NCBI RefSeq assembly: GCF_058153355.1
Contig: NZ_CM177019.1
Reading direction: 5' to 3' (one strand)
Length of the DNA: 64,000 nucleotides
Below, piece after piece: positions 18,911 to 29,467 of this stretch. Position numbers and translations under genes: made by a program. Each line of letters starts with the position of its first letter. The stretch's first letter is position 1. The notes beneath the pieces are model-generated. The model had not been told where the DNA came from and made no database searches. It worked only from the letters and a program-made list of their open reading frames with translations.

Positions 18911-19843
18911 TCAGCCCTTAAACACGTTATAGCCGAGTTGCTTAGCGACCGATGCCACCATTTTTTGACCGCGAACACTGTTGCCTTCTTCGTCCAGTGG
19001 TGGTGAAAACGCGGCAATTCCCATCACGCCAGGAACGACCGCCAGAATACCGCCACCTACACCGCTTTTGCCCGGTAAACCAACGCGATACGCCCAGTCA
19101 CCGGAGCGACCATACAGCCCTTCCATCATCATTTCGGCCAGAATGTACGGCACATTGTCGGCCTGAAGAACGCGTTTATGCGTCAGCGGATTCATACCAC
19201 CCGCCGCCAGCGTCGCGCCAAGCGTTGCCAGTTCAATAGTATTGAGGAGCGTGGAGCACTGACGGGTGTACACGTCACAGGCTTCCATTGCATCACAATA
19301 GAGATATCCGGCGGAGTACAGCAGCCAGGCAATGGCCCGGTTATGGAAGTTGGTTGTTTGTTCCGACTGGTTGACTTCATCAGAGAGCGCTACCTGCTCA
19401 CCAGCCAGTTGTTGTTGGATATGTAAAATTCGCTGCCAGCGTTGTTCGGCATTTTCAGCGTTAATCAGGCTGGTGGTGGCAATAGCGCCAGCATTTACCA
19501 GTGGCGAAAGCGGTTTGCCGCCATGCAACTCTAAGGCGATAACCGAGTTAAAGGGCAATCCGGTCGGGTCAGCGCCAATTTTGTCCTGTACCGCCTGCGG
19601 GCCGACATCTTCTAACGCGAGGGCTAACGTACAGACTTTTGAAATGGATTCCAGCGCAAAGCGGTAATCACTGTCACCCGCGCTAAAGACTTTACCATCG
19701 CAGGTCACGATAGCCACTGCCGCCAGTTGACTGGGCACATTCGCCAGAAAGGGAATGTAATCGGCATTTTGTCCGCCGTTAAGTGAGTGAAATTGGGTGT
19801 AAGCCTGATCCACTGCCTGCTGTAATGTGTTTGCATCTAACAT
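18911..19843 (-). CDS. glsA: Glutaminase 1
   Basis: 310-aa ORF with glutaminase-family sequence (LPGKSGVGGGILAVVPG...), upstream of ybaT in the same orientation. Confidence 0.94.
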   Translation of the reverse strand: MLDANTLQQAVDQAYTQFHSLNGGQNADYIPFLANVPSQLAAVAIVTCDGKVFSAGDSDYRFALESISKVCTLALALEDVGPQAVQDKIGADPTGLPFNSVIALELHGGKPLSPLVNAGAIATTSLINAENAEQRWQRILHIQQQLAGEQVALSDEVNQSEQTTNFHNRAIAWLLYSAGYLYCDAMEACDVYTRQCSTLLNTIELATLGATLAAGGMNPLTHKRVLQADNVPYILAEMMMEGLYGRSGDWAYRVGLPGKSGVGGGILAVVPGVMGIAAFSPPLDEEGNSVRGQKMVASVAKQLGYNVFKG

Positions 19844-20034
19844 CTTTTGTTAACTCCTTTTTATAGATGCGGGAGGGGATTCCTCACCCCGGTGCCGATT
19901 TTCAGGCATCCTGATTTAACTTAGCACCCGCGACTTAACTACAGGAAAACAAAGAGATAAATGTCTAATCCTGATGCAAATTGAGCCGATTTTTTAATCT
20001 TTACGGACTTTTACCCGCCTGGTTTATTAATTTC

Positions 20035-20066
20035 TTGACCTTCCCCTTGCTGGAAGGTTTAACCTT
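20035..20066 (+). promoter_or_regulatory. copA promoter with CueR (MerR-family) operator
   Basis: TTGACC at 20035-20040 followed by dyad CCTTCC-N7-GGAAGG at 20039-20057, a long MerR-type spacer and a -10-like element, about 40 bp upstream of the copA ATG. Confidence 0.75.
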
Positions 20067-20104
20067 TAACACAGTCAGTCAACACTGTCTTAAAGGAGTA
20101 CGTT

Positions 20105-22609
20105 ATGTCACAAACTATCGACCTGACCCTGGACGGCCTGTCCTGCGGTCACTGCGTTAAACGCGTGAAAGAAAGTCTCGAACAGCGCCCGGACGTTGAG
20201 CAGGCGGATGTGTCTATCACTGAAGCACACGTTACCGGTACTGCCAGTGCAGAACAGCTGATCGAAACCATCAAACAAGCGGGTTATGACGCATCTGTAA
20301 GCCACCCAAAGGCTAAACCGCTGGCGGAGTCATCAATCCCGTCGGAAGCACTGACAGCGGTTTCTGAGGCGCTTCCGGCAGCAAACGCCGATGACGATGA
20401 CAGTCAGCAGTTGCTGCTGAGCGGCATGAGCTGCGCCAGCTGTGTTACCCGCGTACAAAATGCGCTGCAAAGCGTACCGGGCGTCACTCAGGCACGGGTA
20501 AACCTGGCGGAGCGTACTGCGCTGGTGATGGGCAGTGCCTCCCCACAAGATTTAGTGCTGGCGGTGGAAAAAGCGGGCTACGGCGCGGAAGCGATTGAAG
20601 ATGACGCTAAACGCCGCGAGCGCCAGCAGGAAACCGCCGTCGCTACCATGAAGCGCTTCCGCTGGCAGGCAATTGTCGCGCTGGCGGTAGGTATCCCGGT
20701 GATGGTCTGGGGGATGATCGGCGATAACATGATGGTCACCGCCGACAACCGCAGTCTGTGGTTAGTTATCGGCCTGATAACGCTGGCGGTAATGGTTTTC
20801 GCCGGCGGGCATTTTTACCGTAGCGCATGGAAAAGCCTGCTGAACGGTGCGGCGACAATGGATACGCTGGTGGCGCTGGGTACTGGCGTGGCGTGGCTCT
20901 ATTCAATGAGCGTCAACCTGTGGCCGCAGTGGTTCCCGATGGAAGCGCGACATCTTTATTACGAAGCCAGTGCGATGATTATCGGTCTGATTAATCTCGG
21001 TCATATGCTGGAAGCGCGCGCACGTCAGCGTTCTTCAAAGGCGCTGGAGAAATTACTCGATTTAACCCCGCCGACGGCGCGCCTGGTTACTGACGAAGGT
21101 GAAAAAAGCGTGCCACTGGCAGATGTTCAGCCTGGTATGTTACTACGCCTGACGACCGGCGATCGCGTACCGGTAGATGGTGAAATTACCCAGGGCGAAG
21201 CGTGGCTGGATGAAGCAATGCTGACGGGCGAACCTATCCCACAGCAAAAAGGCGAAGGCGATAGTGTTCATGCAGGTACCGTGGTGCAGGACGGTAGCGT
21301 GCTGTTTCGTGCCAGTGCGGTTGGCAGCCATACTACGCTGTCACGGATCATTCGTATGGTGCGCCAGGCCCAGAGCAGTAAACCGGAAATCGGCCAGTTG
21401 GCGGATAAAATCTCTGCCGTATTTGTGCCGGTAGTGGTGGTGATTGCGCTAGTCAGTGCGGCCATCTGGTACTTCTTTGGTCCGGCACCGCAAATTGTTT
21501 ATACCCTGGTGATTGCCACTACGGTACTGATTATCGCCTGCCCGTGTGCGCTGGGGCTGGCAACGCCAATGTCGATTATTTCCGGCGTCGGGCGTGCGGC
21601 TGAATTTGGCGTGCTGGTACGGGACGCCGACGCGCTGCAACGCGCCAGTACGCTCGACACCGTAGTGTTCGATAAAACCGGGACGCTGACCGAAGGGAAG
21701 CCGCAGGTTGTCGCAGTAAAAACATTTGCTGATGTTGATGAAGCGCAAGCATTGCGTCTGGCGGCGGCACTGGAACAAGGTTCCAGCCATCCGCTGGCAC
21801 GGGCGATCCTCGATAAAGCAGGCGATATGCAGCTGCCGCAGGTCAACAGCTTCCGTACATTGCGTGGGCTGGGCGTGAGCGGTGAAGCAGAAGGTCATGC
21901 GTTATTGCTGGGTAATCAGGCGTTGTTAAATGACCAGCAAGTCGATACTAAAGCGATTGAAGCAGATATTTCAGCCCAGGCATCGCAAGGGGCAACGCCT
22001 GTGCTGCTGGCGGTTGACGGGAAAGCGGTAGCCCTGCTGGCTGTACGCGATCCATTGCGTAGTGATAGCGTGGCGGCGCTGCAACGTCTGCATAAAGCGG
22101 GATATCGTCTGGTGATGCTAACCGGGGATAACCCGACCACCGCCAATGCGATCGCCAAAGAGGCAGGGATTGATGAGGTGATAGCCGGGGTGCTGCCAGA
22201 CGGTAAAGCCGAAGCGATCAAACGTCTGCAAAGTGAAGGACGTCAGGTGGCAATGGTGGGTGACGGCATTAACGACGCGCCAGCACTGGCTCAGGCGGAT
22301 GTCGGTATTGCTATGGGTGGCGGCAGTGATGTTGCCATTGAAACCGCGGCGATTACCCTGATGCGCCATAGCCTGATGGGTGTTGCGGATGCGCTCGCAA
22401 TTTCCCGCGCAACGCTGCGCAACATGAAGCAGAACCTGCTCGGTGCGTTTATCTACAACAGCATTGGTATTCCGGTCGCCGCCGGTATTTTGTGGCCGTT
22501 CACGGGAACACTGCTTAACCCGGTAGTAGCCGGGGCAGCAATGGCACTCTCGTCGATTACCGTAGTGAGTAACGCCAACCGGTTGCTGCGGTTTAAACCG
22601 AAGGAATAA
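20105..22609 (+). CDS. copA: Cu(I)-translocating P1B-type ATPase
   Basis: 834-aa ORF; two N-terminal CxxC metal-binding domains (GLSCGHC, GMSCASC), CPC motif, DKTGT phosphorylation site, GDGINDAP. Confidence 0.97.
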   Translation: MSQTIDLTLDGLSCGHCVKRVKESLEQRPDVEQADVSITEAHVTGTASAEQLIETIKQAGYDASVSHPKAKPLAESSIPSEALTAVSEALPAANADDDDSQQLLLSGMSCASCVTRVQNALQSVPGVTQARVNLAERTALVMGSASPQDLVLAVEKAGYGAEAIEDDAKRRERQQETAVATMKRFRWQAIVALAVGIPVMVWGMIGDNMMVTADNRSLWLVIGLITLAVMVFAGGHFYRSAWKSLLNGAATMDTLVALGTGVAWLYSMSVNLWPQWFPMEARHLYYEASAMIIGLINLGHMLEARARQRSSKALEKLLDLTPPTARLVTDEGEKSVPLADVQPGMLLRLTTGDRVPVDGEITQGEAWLDEAMLTGEPIPQQKGEGDSVHAGTVVQDGSVLFRASAVGSHTTLSRIIRMVRQAQSSKPEIGQLADKISAVFVPVVVVIALVSAAIWYFFGPAPQIVYTLVIATTVLIIACPCALGLATPMSIISGVGRAAEFGVLVRDADALQRASTLDTVVFDKTGTLTEGKPQVVAVKTFADVDEAQALRLAAALEQGSSHPLARAILDKAGDMQLPQVNSFRTLRGLGVSGEAEGHALLLGNQALLNDQQVDTKAIEADISAQASQGATPVLLAVDGKAVALLAVRDPLRSDSVAALQRLHKAGYRLVMLTGDNPTTANAIAKEAGIDEVIAGVLPDGKAEAIKRLQSEGRQVAMVGDGINDAPALAQADVGIAMGGGSDVAIETAAITLMRHSLMGVADALAISRATLRNMKQNLLGAFIYNSIGIPVAAGILWPFTGTLLNPVVAGAAMALSSITVVSNANRLLRFKPKE
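20305..20316 (+). other. copA: Programmed -1 ribosomal frameshift site in copA, producing the short CopA(Z) chaperone
   Basis: Slippery heptamer C_CCA_AAG at 20305-20311 at codons 68-70 (verified in frame: ...SHPKAKP). The -1 frame reads CCC AAA GGC TAA, with the stop at 20314-20316. The frameshift itself is established literature, not shown by sequence alone. Confidence 0.7.
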
Positions 22610-22659
22610 GTATGTCATTGCGGATGCGCTGCTTTAGGGTGGCGCATCTGGCATCGACG

Positions 22660-22805
22660 CATGCCTGCCGGATGCGGCATAAACGCCTTATCCGGCCTAC
22701 GATTCAGGCACAGGGTTGTAGGCCTGATAAGACGCGTAAGCGTCGCATCAGGCAATGGTGCTCGGATGCCGGATGCGGCGTGAACGCCTTATCCGGCATC
22801 CGAGA
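22660..22805. repeat. REP/BIME cluster (three REP units) in the copA-ybaP intergenic region
   Basis: Canonical REP palindromes (gcctgccggatgcggcataaacgccttatccggcctac and variants) in alternating orientation; the ORF-track 85-aa ORF at 22612-22869 is the typical REP translation artefact (RMRHKRLIRP). Confidence 0.8.
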
Positions 22806-22937
22806 TGAAGCGAATTTTTGGCCTTACGCGACCTTTTTGCACGTTATTCCCGGCGTGCCAAATATTTAATCCGTCCCAACTCCATTTGCGCCATCCCTCA
22901 CCGCGCGCTAGCATGATATTTCACAAAGGGAGGTCGT

Positions 22938-23732
22938 ATGGATCTGTTGTACCGGGTAAAAACGCTTTGGGCCGCGCTGCGCGGCAATCATTACACCTGG
23001 CCTGCTATCGATATCTCTCTTCCCGACCATCGCCATTTTCATCTGATCGGCAGTATTCATATGGGTAGCCACGATATGGCTCCCCTGCCCACCCGTTTGC
23101 TCAAAAAGCTCAAAAACGCCGATGCGCTGATCGTCGAGGCGGATGTTTCCACCAGCGATACGCCTTTTGCTAATTTGCCTGCCTGCGAGGCGCTGGAAGA
23201 GCGCATTAGCGAGGAGCAATTACAAAATCTGCAACACATAAGCCAGGAGATGGGTATTTCTCCATCGCTCTTTTCTACCCAACCACTATGGCAAATCGCG
23301 ATGGTTCTTCAGGCAACGCAAGCGCAAAAACTGGGGCTGCGGGCAGAATATGGTATCGATTACCAGCTATTGCAGGCGGCGAAGCAACAACATAAACCCG
23401 TGATTGAACTGGAAGGGGCAGAAAACCAGATTGCCATGTTGCTCCAGCTCCCTGACAAAGGACTGGCGCTGCTGGACGATACGCTGACCCACTGGCACAC
23501 CAATGCACGGTTGCTGCAACAAATGATGAGCTGGTGGCTGAATACGCCGCCGCAAAATAATGAAATAACGCTGCCCAATACGTTCAGTCAGTCGCTGTAC
23601 GATGTGCTGATGCATCAGCGAAATCTCGCCTGGCGGGATAAACTGCATGCTATGCCGCCGGGGCGCTATGTGGTCGCGGTCGGAGCTTTACATCTGTATG
23701 GAGAAGGGAATTTGCCGCAGATGTTGCGCTAA
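22938..23732 (+). CDS. ybaP: TraB-family protein YbaP
   Basis: 264-aa ORF matching YbaP by sequence recall and position. Confidence 0.9.
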   Translation: MDLLYRVKTLWAALRGNHYTWPAIDISLPDHRHFHLIGSIHMGSHDMAPLPTRLLKKLKNADALIVEADVSTSDTPFANLPACEALEERISEEQLQNLQHISQEMGISPSLFSTQPLWQIAMVLQATQAQKLGLRAEYGIDYQLLQAAKQQHKPVIELEGAENQIAMLLQLPDKGLALLDDTLTHWHTNARLLQQMMSWWLNTPPQNNEITLPNTFSQSLYDVLMHQRNLAWRDKLHAMPPGRYVVAVGALHLYGEGNLPQMLR

Positions 23733-23814
23733 AAAAATGGCCAATATCGCTATTGGCCCGTCAAAGAGGAATTTCATTTTTTTATTATTATGCCGTCACT
23801 TTAAGCGACGGTGT
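23733..23814 (-). ncRNA. chiX: ChiX (MicM/SroB) Hfq-dependent small RNA
   Basis: Minus-strand sequence ACACCGTCGCTTAAAGTGACGGCATAATAATAAAAAAATGAAATTCCTCTTTGACGGGCCAATAGCGATATTGGCCATTTTTTT matches my recollection of ChiX, including the terminator hairpin (GGCCAATAGCGATATTGGCC) and U-tract. Lies in the ybaP-ybaK intergenic region, antisense to both, as in K-12. Ends are approximate. Confidence 0.8.
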
Positions 23815-23935
23815 AACTCGATTGTCGCTCAATCTCACCATCCTGCCAATACTCTTAGGCAAGATGACTCTTTTTTTTGGACCGCCATCAGGCGTATGCT
23901 TGCTTCGTTTTTTTGTTTAAGGCAGGAAAATTACC

Positions 23936-24415
23936 ATGACACCCGCAGTTAAATTACTCGAAAAAAACAAGATTTCGTTTCAAATCCATACCTACGAGCA
24001 CGATCCGGCTGAAACCAATTTTGGCGATGAAGTCGTCAAAAAATTAGGTTTGAATCCGGATCAGGTCTACAAAACGCTGCTGGTGGCAGTGAACGGTGAT
24101 ATGAAGCACCTTGCCGTGGCCGTTACGCCGGTCGCAGGTCTACTGGATCTTAAAAAAGTAGCAAAAGCGCTGGGTGCCAAGAAAGTTGAGATGGCCGATC
24201 CGATGGTCGCGCAGCGTTCGACGGGATATCTGGTTGGGGGGATTAGCCCACTGGGGCAGAAAAAACGCCTGCCGACGATTATCGACGCCCCCGCGCAAGA
24301 GTTTGCCACTATTTTTGTTTCTGGCGGCAAGCGCGGGCTGGACATCGAACTGGCGGCAAGCGACCTGGCGAAGATCCTCGATGCCAAATTTGCTGATATC
24401 GCTCGTCGCGATTAA
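23936..24415 (+). CDS. ybaK: Cys-tRNA(Pro)/Cys-tRNA(Cys) deacylase YbaK
   Basis: 159-aa ORF, YbaK sequence recall. Confidence 0.95.
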   Translation: MTPAVKLLEKNKISFQIHTYEHDPAETNFGDEVVKKLGLNPDQVYKTLLVAVNGDMKHLAVAVTPVAGLLDLKKVAKALGAKKVEMADPMVAQRSTGYLVGGISPLGQKKRLPTIIDAPAQEFATIFVSGGKRGLDIELAASDLAKILDAKFADIARRD

Positions 24416-24420
24416 GCATT

Positions 24421-24444
24421 GTGCCGGATGCGAACATCCGGCAC
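24421..24444. terminator. Hairpin between the convergent ybaK and ushA genes (likely bidirectional terminator)
   Basis: Inverted repeat gtgccggatg/catccggcac with 4-nt loop, immediately after the ybaK stop and before the ushA stop. Confidence 0.5.
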
Positions 24445-24451
24445 TTTCGGA

Positions 24452-26104
24452 TTACTGCCAGCTCACCTCACCTTTCGGTTCATAGACACTCACATCCAGC
24501 GGCGAGTTTTTCTGGATATACGCTTTCAGCACTTCAGCATCAATAAAGCCGGTATTCACATAGCCCGGTTTGTTATCCAGACGCGGATAGCCATCACCGC
24601 CAGTGGCATTGAAGTTTAATGTCGCCATACGGTAAGTTTTCGCCGGATCGACCGGTTCGCCTTTGATTTTCAGGTCGTTCAGTTTGCCGTCTTTCGCCAC
24701 AAAGCTAACGTTGGCAAATTGCGGATAGGCACCAGAATCAGGCTTCATTTGTGCGACGGCGGTCAGGTAATCAATCACCTCTTTACCGGTCATGTCGGCA
24801 TACACCACCACATTGCCGAATGGCTGCACTTTCAGCACATTTTTATAGCTGATATCACCTGCTTCGATAGAATCACGAATTCCGCCTCCGCTCATCACCG
24901 CAAAGTCGGCACCAGTGCGATCCATTTGTGCTGCCAGAATCAACCGCCCCATATTGGTCTGTACAAAACGCACTTTGCTGCGGTCGCCTTCCAGACGACC
25001 ATTGGTTTCGCCTATTTTCACTTCCAGCTGCGCTTTGCCTTTGTTCTGGAACGGCGATAACAGCGAAATAATTTGCTGGTTTTCGGCGATTTCAGGGGTG
25101 TAAAGCACACGCTCGCTTTTCCCGTCTTCCCAGGTCACTTTCTTCTTCAGGTTTACCGGAATCAACTGGTAGTTGACCATTTTCATTTCGCCGTTGCGAA
25201 ACTCAAAGTCGGCCCGACCAACGTACTTGCCCCACTCATGCGCCTGTACAATCCAGATGCCATTTTGTTGATCCGGTTTGCATGGCGTACCAGGAACGTA
25301 ATCGACCTGTTTTTTATTTTCTGCCGCCATACAGACTGGATCTTGCGAGTGACCTCCGACGATCATCGCCAGCGATCCGGCAGGCAGCGCGCGTGCCATC
25401 TCCACATCGCCCGGTGCATTAGAGCCGTGCTCACCGTTGTCGTAATGCCCCATATGGGTCGCCGCGATAATAATGTCTGGCTTTTCTGTCTGTTGCAGCT
25501 CCTGAATCACCAGCTTCGCTTCATCAGCGGGCTTACGAAATTCGATATCAGTGAAGTATTCCGGGTTACCAATTTTGGCTGTGTCATCGGTTGTCAGCCC
25601 AATAACGGCAATTTTCAGATCCTGACGCTTAAACAACGCCCATGGTTTAAACAGGCGCTCACCAGTGCTTTTTTGGTAGATATTGGCGGAAAGCAACGGG
25701 AACTTAGCCCACTTTTCCTGCTGGCGTAATACGGTGAGCGGGTTATCAAATTCATGATTACCGATTGCCATCGCATCATAGCCCACCAGATTCATACCGC
25801 GAAAATCAGGTTCGGCATCCTGTAAGTCGGACTCGGGCACGCCAGTATTAATGTCGCCACCGGAAAGTAGCAGCACGCTACCGCCTTCAGCTGCAACCTC
25901 TTTGCGGATACCATCCACCAGCGTTTTTTGCGCCGCCAGACCATATTCGCCATATTCATTGCGCCAAAAATGCCCATGATGATCATTGGTATGCAGAACT
26001 GTAATTTTGTAGGTTTTATCCTGCTCATAAGCCAGAGCAGTTTCACTCGCCAGTGTAAATGTGGTTAACAGTGCTAACGCCACGCCCCGCTGCAATAATT
26101 TCAT
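24452..26104 (-). CDS. ushA: UDP-sugar hydrolase / 5'-nucleotidase (periplasmic)
   Basis: 550-aa ORF with signal peptide and metallophosphatase motifs (HTNDHHGH, GNHEFD). Confidence 0.96.
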   Translation of the reverse strand: MKLLQRGVALALLTTFTLASETALAYEQDKTYKITVLHTNDHHGHFWRNEYGEYGLAAQKTLVDGIRKEVAAEGGSVLLLSGGDINTGVPESDLQDAEPDFRGMNLVGYDAMAIGNHEFDNPLTVLRQQEKWAKFPLLSANIYQKSTGERLFKPWALFKRQDLKIAVIGLTTDDTAKIGNPEYFTDIEFRKPADEAKLVIQELQQTEKPDIIIAATHMGHYDNGEHGSNAPGDVEMARALPAGSLAMIVGGHSQDPVCMAAENKKQVDYVPGTPCKPDQQNGIWIVQAHEWGKYVGRADFEFRNGEMKMVNYQLIPVNLKKKVTWEDGKSERVLYTPEIAENQQIISLLSPFQNKGKAQLEVKIGETNGRLEGDRSKVRFVQTNMGRLILAAQMDRTGADFAVMSGGGIRDSIEAGDISYKNVLKVQPFGNVVVYADMTGKEVIDYLTAVAQMKPDSGAYPQFANVSFVAKDGKLNDLKIKGEPVDPAKTYRMATLNFNATGGDGYPRLDNKPGYVNTGFIDAEVLKAYIQKNSPLDVSVYEPKGEVSWQ

Positions 26105-26321
26105 ACTTCTCTCCCTGATCAGATTTCAACGTGTTGAAAAATAGTATGACGCGACATCATAGACAAGTCTGCGTCCGGTGAAGATAAATCTGCATCCAGA
26201 TTAGAAATTCTGTATTCAGCGTTGAGACTTCCTTCAGGCGGCGCATACAGGTATGTTAGTCGGGTAATAATCACAAATAAGATCATTCTTTACATCGCAA
26301 CCCTGAAAAAGTGACTTTCCT

Positions 26322-27542
26322 ATGGCAATGAGTGAACAAACCCAGCCAGTGGCTGGCGCTGCTGCGTCAACGACCAAGGCCCGAACATCGTTTGGTATTT
26401 TAGGTGCTATCAGCCTCTCACATCTGCTGAACGACATGATCCAATCGCTGATTCTGGCGATTTATCCCCTGCTTCAGTCAGAATTTTCTCTGACATTTAT
26501 GCAAATTGGCATGATAACCCTCACCTTCCAGCTCGCCTCTTCACTATTGCAACCGGTGGTCGGCTACTGGACGGATAAATATCCGATGCCGTGGTCGTTG
26601 CCGATTAGCATGTGCTTTACCTTGAGCGGTCTGGTGCTGCTGGCGCTGGCGGGCAGTTTTGGCGCAGTTCTGCTGGCGGCGGCGTTGGTCGGCACTGGTT
26701 CGTCGGTCTTTCATCCGGAATCCTCACGCGTGGCCCGAATGGCGTCTGGTGGCCGTCATGGTCTGGCGCAATCTATCTTCCAGGTCGGCGGAAACTTTGG
26801 CAGTTCACTTGGGCCCTTGCTGGCGGCAGTAATTATCGCACCTTATGGCAAAGGTAACGTGGCGTGGTTTGTACTGGCTGCTCTGTTAGCTATCGTGGTG
26901 CTGGCGCAAATCAGCCGTTGGTACTCTGCACAGCACCGAATGAATAAGGGCAAACCCAAAGCAACGATTATCAATCCACTGCCGCGCAACAAAGTGGTAC
27001 TGGCGGTCAGCATTCTGTTAATCCTGATTTTCTCGAAATATTTCTATATGGCGAGCATCAGCAGCTATTACACCTTTTATCTGATGCAAAAATTCGGATT
27101 ATCTATCCAGAATGCCCAGCTTCATCTGTTTGCATTCCTGTTTGCCGTTGCGGCAGGTACGGTGATCGGCGGGCCTGTAGGGGATAAAATTGGACGGAAA
27201 TATGTGATTTGGGGCTCTATCCTCGGCGTTGCGCCGTTTACGCTGATTTTACCCTACGCCACCCTGCACTGGACGGGGGTTTTGACGGTGATTATTGGAT
27301 TTATCCTCGCTTCGGCGTTCTCTGCCATTCTGGTCTACGCTCAGGAGCTACTTCCAGGACGTATCGGTATGGTTTCTGGACTCTTTTTCGGTTTTGCTTT
27401 CGGCATGGGGGGTCTGGGAGCGGCAGTTCTGGGGCTTATCGCCGACCACACCAGCATCGAGTTAGTCTATAAAATCTGTGCTTTCCTGCCACTATTGGGG
27501 ATGTTGACCATATTCCTGCCTGATAACCGGCATAAAGACTGA
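26322..27542 (+). CDS. fsr: Fosmidomycin resistance MFS transporter
   Basis: 406-aa polytopic MFS ORF; sequence recall and position. Confidence 0.92.
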   Translation: MAMSEQTQPVAGAAASTTKARTSFGILGAISLSHLLNDMIQSLILAIYPLLQSEFSLTFMQIGMITLTFQLASSLLQPVVGYWTDKYPMPWSLPISMCFTLSGLVLLALAGSFGAVLLAAALVGTGSSVFHPESSRVARMASGGRHGLAQSIFQVGGNFGSSLGPLLAAVIIAPYGKGNVAWFVLAALLAIVVLAQISRWYSAQHRMNKGKPKATIINPLPRNKVVLAVSILLILIFSKYFYMASISSYYTFYLMQKFGLSIQNAQLHLFAFLFAVAAGTVIGGPVGDKIGRKYVIWGSILGVAPFTLILPYATLHWTGVLTVIIGFILASAFSAILVYAQELLPGRIGMVSGLFFGFAFGMGGLGAAVLGLIADHTSIELVYKICAFLPLLGMLTIFLPDNRHKD

Positions 27543-27779
27543 TTTCATTGCAGCCAAAGGCAAACTTTGGCTGCATCGTTTTACAGTCGCCATAAGCCTT
27601 TCCTCTGTTAAACCGCCTTCTGTTTTCCGATCCGTGCTTTTTTTGCCGCTAATTCCATTTTTCTGCAAAATTCAACAATTATTCATAAACATCATCAATG
27701 AAATTGTCATAAACTATTACCTGTAATTTTGGTTTTCCCGGCCAAAAATGGACAATAACCACCAGGAAAAGGAGACGGA

Positions 27780-29456
27780 ATGCATCACGCCACCCCGCTT
27801 ATCACCACCATTGTTGGCGGCCTTGTGCTCGCCTTTATCCTCGGCATGCTGGCCAATAAACTACGCATTTCTCCTCTGGTGGGATACCTGTTAGCAGGTG
27901 TGCTGGCGGGACCATTCACTCCTGGCTTTGTTGCCGATACCAAGCTCGCGCCGGAACTGGCGGAGCTGGGCGTTATTCTGCTGATGTTCGGCGTCGGTTT
28001 GCACTTTTCGCTGAAGGATTTGATGGCGGTAAAGGCCATCGCCATTCCCGGCGCGATCGCCCAGATAGCCGTGGCGACGCTGCTGGGTATGGCGCTCTCC
28101 GCCGTGCTGGGATGGTCGTTAATGACCGGTATCGTGTTCGGTTTATGTCTTTCCACCGCCAGTACCGTGGTGTTACTACGCGCACTTGAAGAACGGCAAT
28201 TAATAGACAGCCAGCGTGGGCAAATCGCCATCGGTTGGTTGATTGTGGAAGACCTGGTCATGGTTCTGACGCTGGTATTGCTGCCCGCAGTAGCAGGAAT
28301 GATGGAACAGGGTGATGTGGGCTTTGCGACGCTGGCCGTTGATATGGGGATCACCATCGGCAAGGTGATCGCATTTATTGCCATTATGATGCTGGTAGGT
28401 CGCCGTCTGGTGCCGTGGATTATGGCACGCAGCGCGGCAACCGGTTCCCGCGAGCTATTTACCCTGTCGGTGCTGACGCTAGCGTTAGGGATTGCTTTTG
28501 GCGCGGTGGAACTGTTTGACGTCTCCTTTGCGCTGGGCGCGTTCTTCGCCGGGATGGTACTGAACGAGTCTGAACTGAGTCACCGTGCTGCCCACGATAC
28601 GCTGCCATTGCGCGACGCGTTTGCGGTGCTGTTTTTTGTCTCCGTCGGAATGCTGTTTGATCCGTTAATTCTGATTCAGCAACCACTGGCGGTGCTAGCG
28701 ACGCTGGCGATTATTCTGTTTGGTAAGTCATTAGCCGCGTTTTTCCTGGTGCGACTGTTTGGTCACTCTCAACGTACGGCATTAACTATCGCCGCCAGCC
28801 TGGCGCAAATTGGTGAGTTCGCTTTTATCCTGGCGGGGCTGGGGATGGCGCTGGATCTGTTGCCGCAGGCCGGACAAAACCTGGTGCTGGCAGGGGCAAT
28901 CCTGTCGATTATGCTTAACCCGGTGCTGTTCGCGCTGCTGGAGAAATATCTGGCGAAGACCGAAACGCTGGAAGAGCAGACGCTGGAAGAAGCTATCGAA
29001 GAGGAGAAGCAGATTCCGGTGGATATCTGCAACCATGCGCTGCTGGTAGGTTATGGTCGTGTGGGCAGCCTGCTGGGGGAGAAGTTGCTCGCCTCTGATA
29101 TTCCTTTAGTGGTGATTGAGACGTCACGTACTCGCGTCGATGAACTGCGCGAGCGCGGGGTCCGCGCAGTATTGGGCAATGCGGCGAACGAAGAAATTAT
29201 GCAACTGGCGCATCTGGAATGTGCAAAATGGCTGATCCTGACGATTCCCAATGGTTATGAAGCGGGCGAGATTGTGGCGTCTGCCCGCGCGAAAAACCCG
29301 GATATTGAGATTATCGCCCGCGCCCATTATGACGACGAGGTAGCATATATTACCGAGCGCGGGGCGAATCAGGTGGTAATGGGCGAGCGTGAAATCGCCC
29401 GTACTATGCTGGAACTGCTGGAAACGCCACCGGCGGGTGAAGTGGTGACGGGGTAA
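27780..29456 (+). CDS. ybaL: CPA2-family cation/proton antiporter with C-terminal TrkA-N (Rossmann) domain
   Basis: 558-aa ORF; membrane domain followed by GYGRVG NAD-binding motif. Confidence 0.92.
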   Translation: MHHATPLITTIVGGLVLAFILGMLANKLRISPLVGYLLAGVLAGPFTPGFVADTKLAPELAELGVILLMFGVGLHFSLKDLMAVKAIAIPGAIAQIAVATLLGMALSAVLGWSLMTGIVFGLCLSTASTVVLLRALEERQLIDSQRGQIAIGWLIVEDLVMVLTLVLLPAVAGMMEQGDVGFATLAVDMGITIGKVIAFIAIMMLVGRRLVPWIMARSAATGSRELFTLSVLTLALGIAFGAVELFDVSFALGAFFAGMVLNESELSHRAAHDTLPLRDAFAVLFFVSVGMLFDPLILIQQPLAVLATLAIILFGKSLAAFFLVRLFGHSQRTALTIAASLAQIGEFAFILAGLGMALDLLPQAGQNLVLAGAILSIMLNPVLFALLEKYLAKTETLEEQTLEEAIEEEKQIPVDICNHALLVGYGRVGSLLGEKLLASDIPLVVIETSRTRVDELRERGVRAVLGNAANEEIMQLAHLECAKWLILTIPNGYEAGEIVASARAKNPDIEIIARAHYDDEVAYITERGANQVVMGEREIARTMLELLETPPAGEVVTG

Positions 29457-29467
29457 GACATTGATTC

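Noticed and set aside
20108-22618. Several minus-strand ORFs (for example 21449-21898, 22118-22618) inside copA
   Set aside because: Antisense to a well-supported P-type ATPase gene; no sign of an overlapping gene.
22612-22869. 85-aa ORF downstream of copA
   Set aside because: Translation is the stereotyped REP-element peptide (RMRHKRLIRP...); it lies wholly within the REP/BIME cluster.
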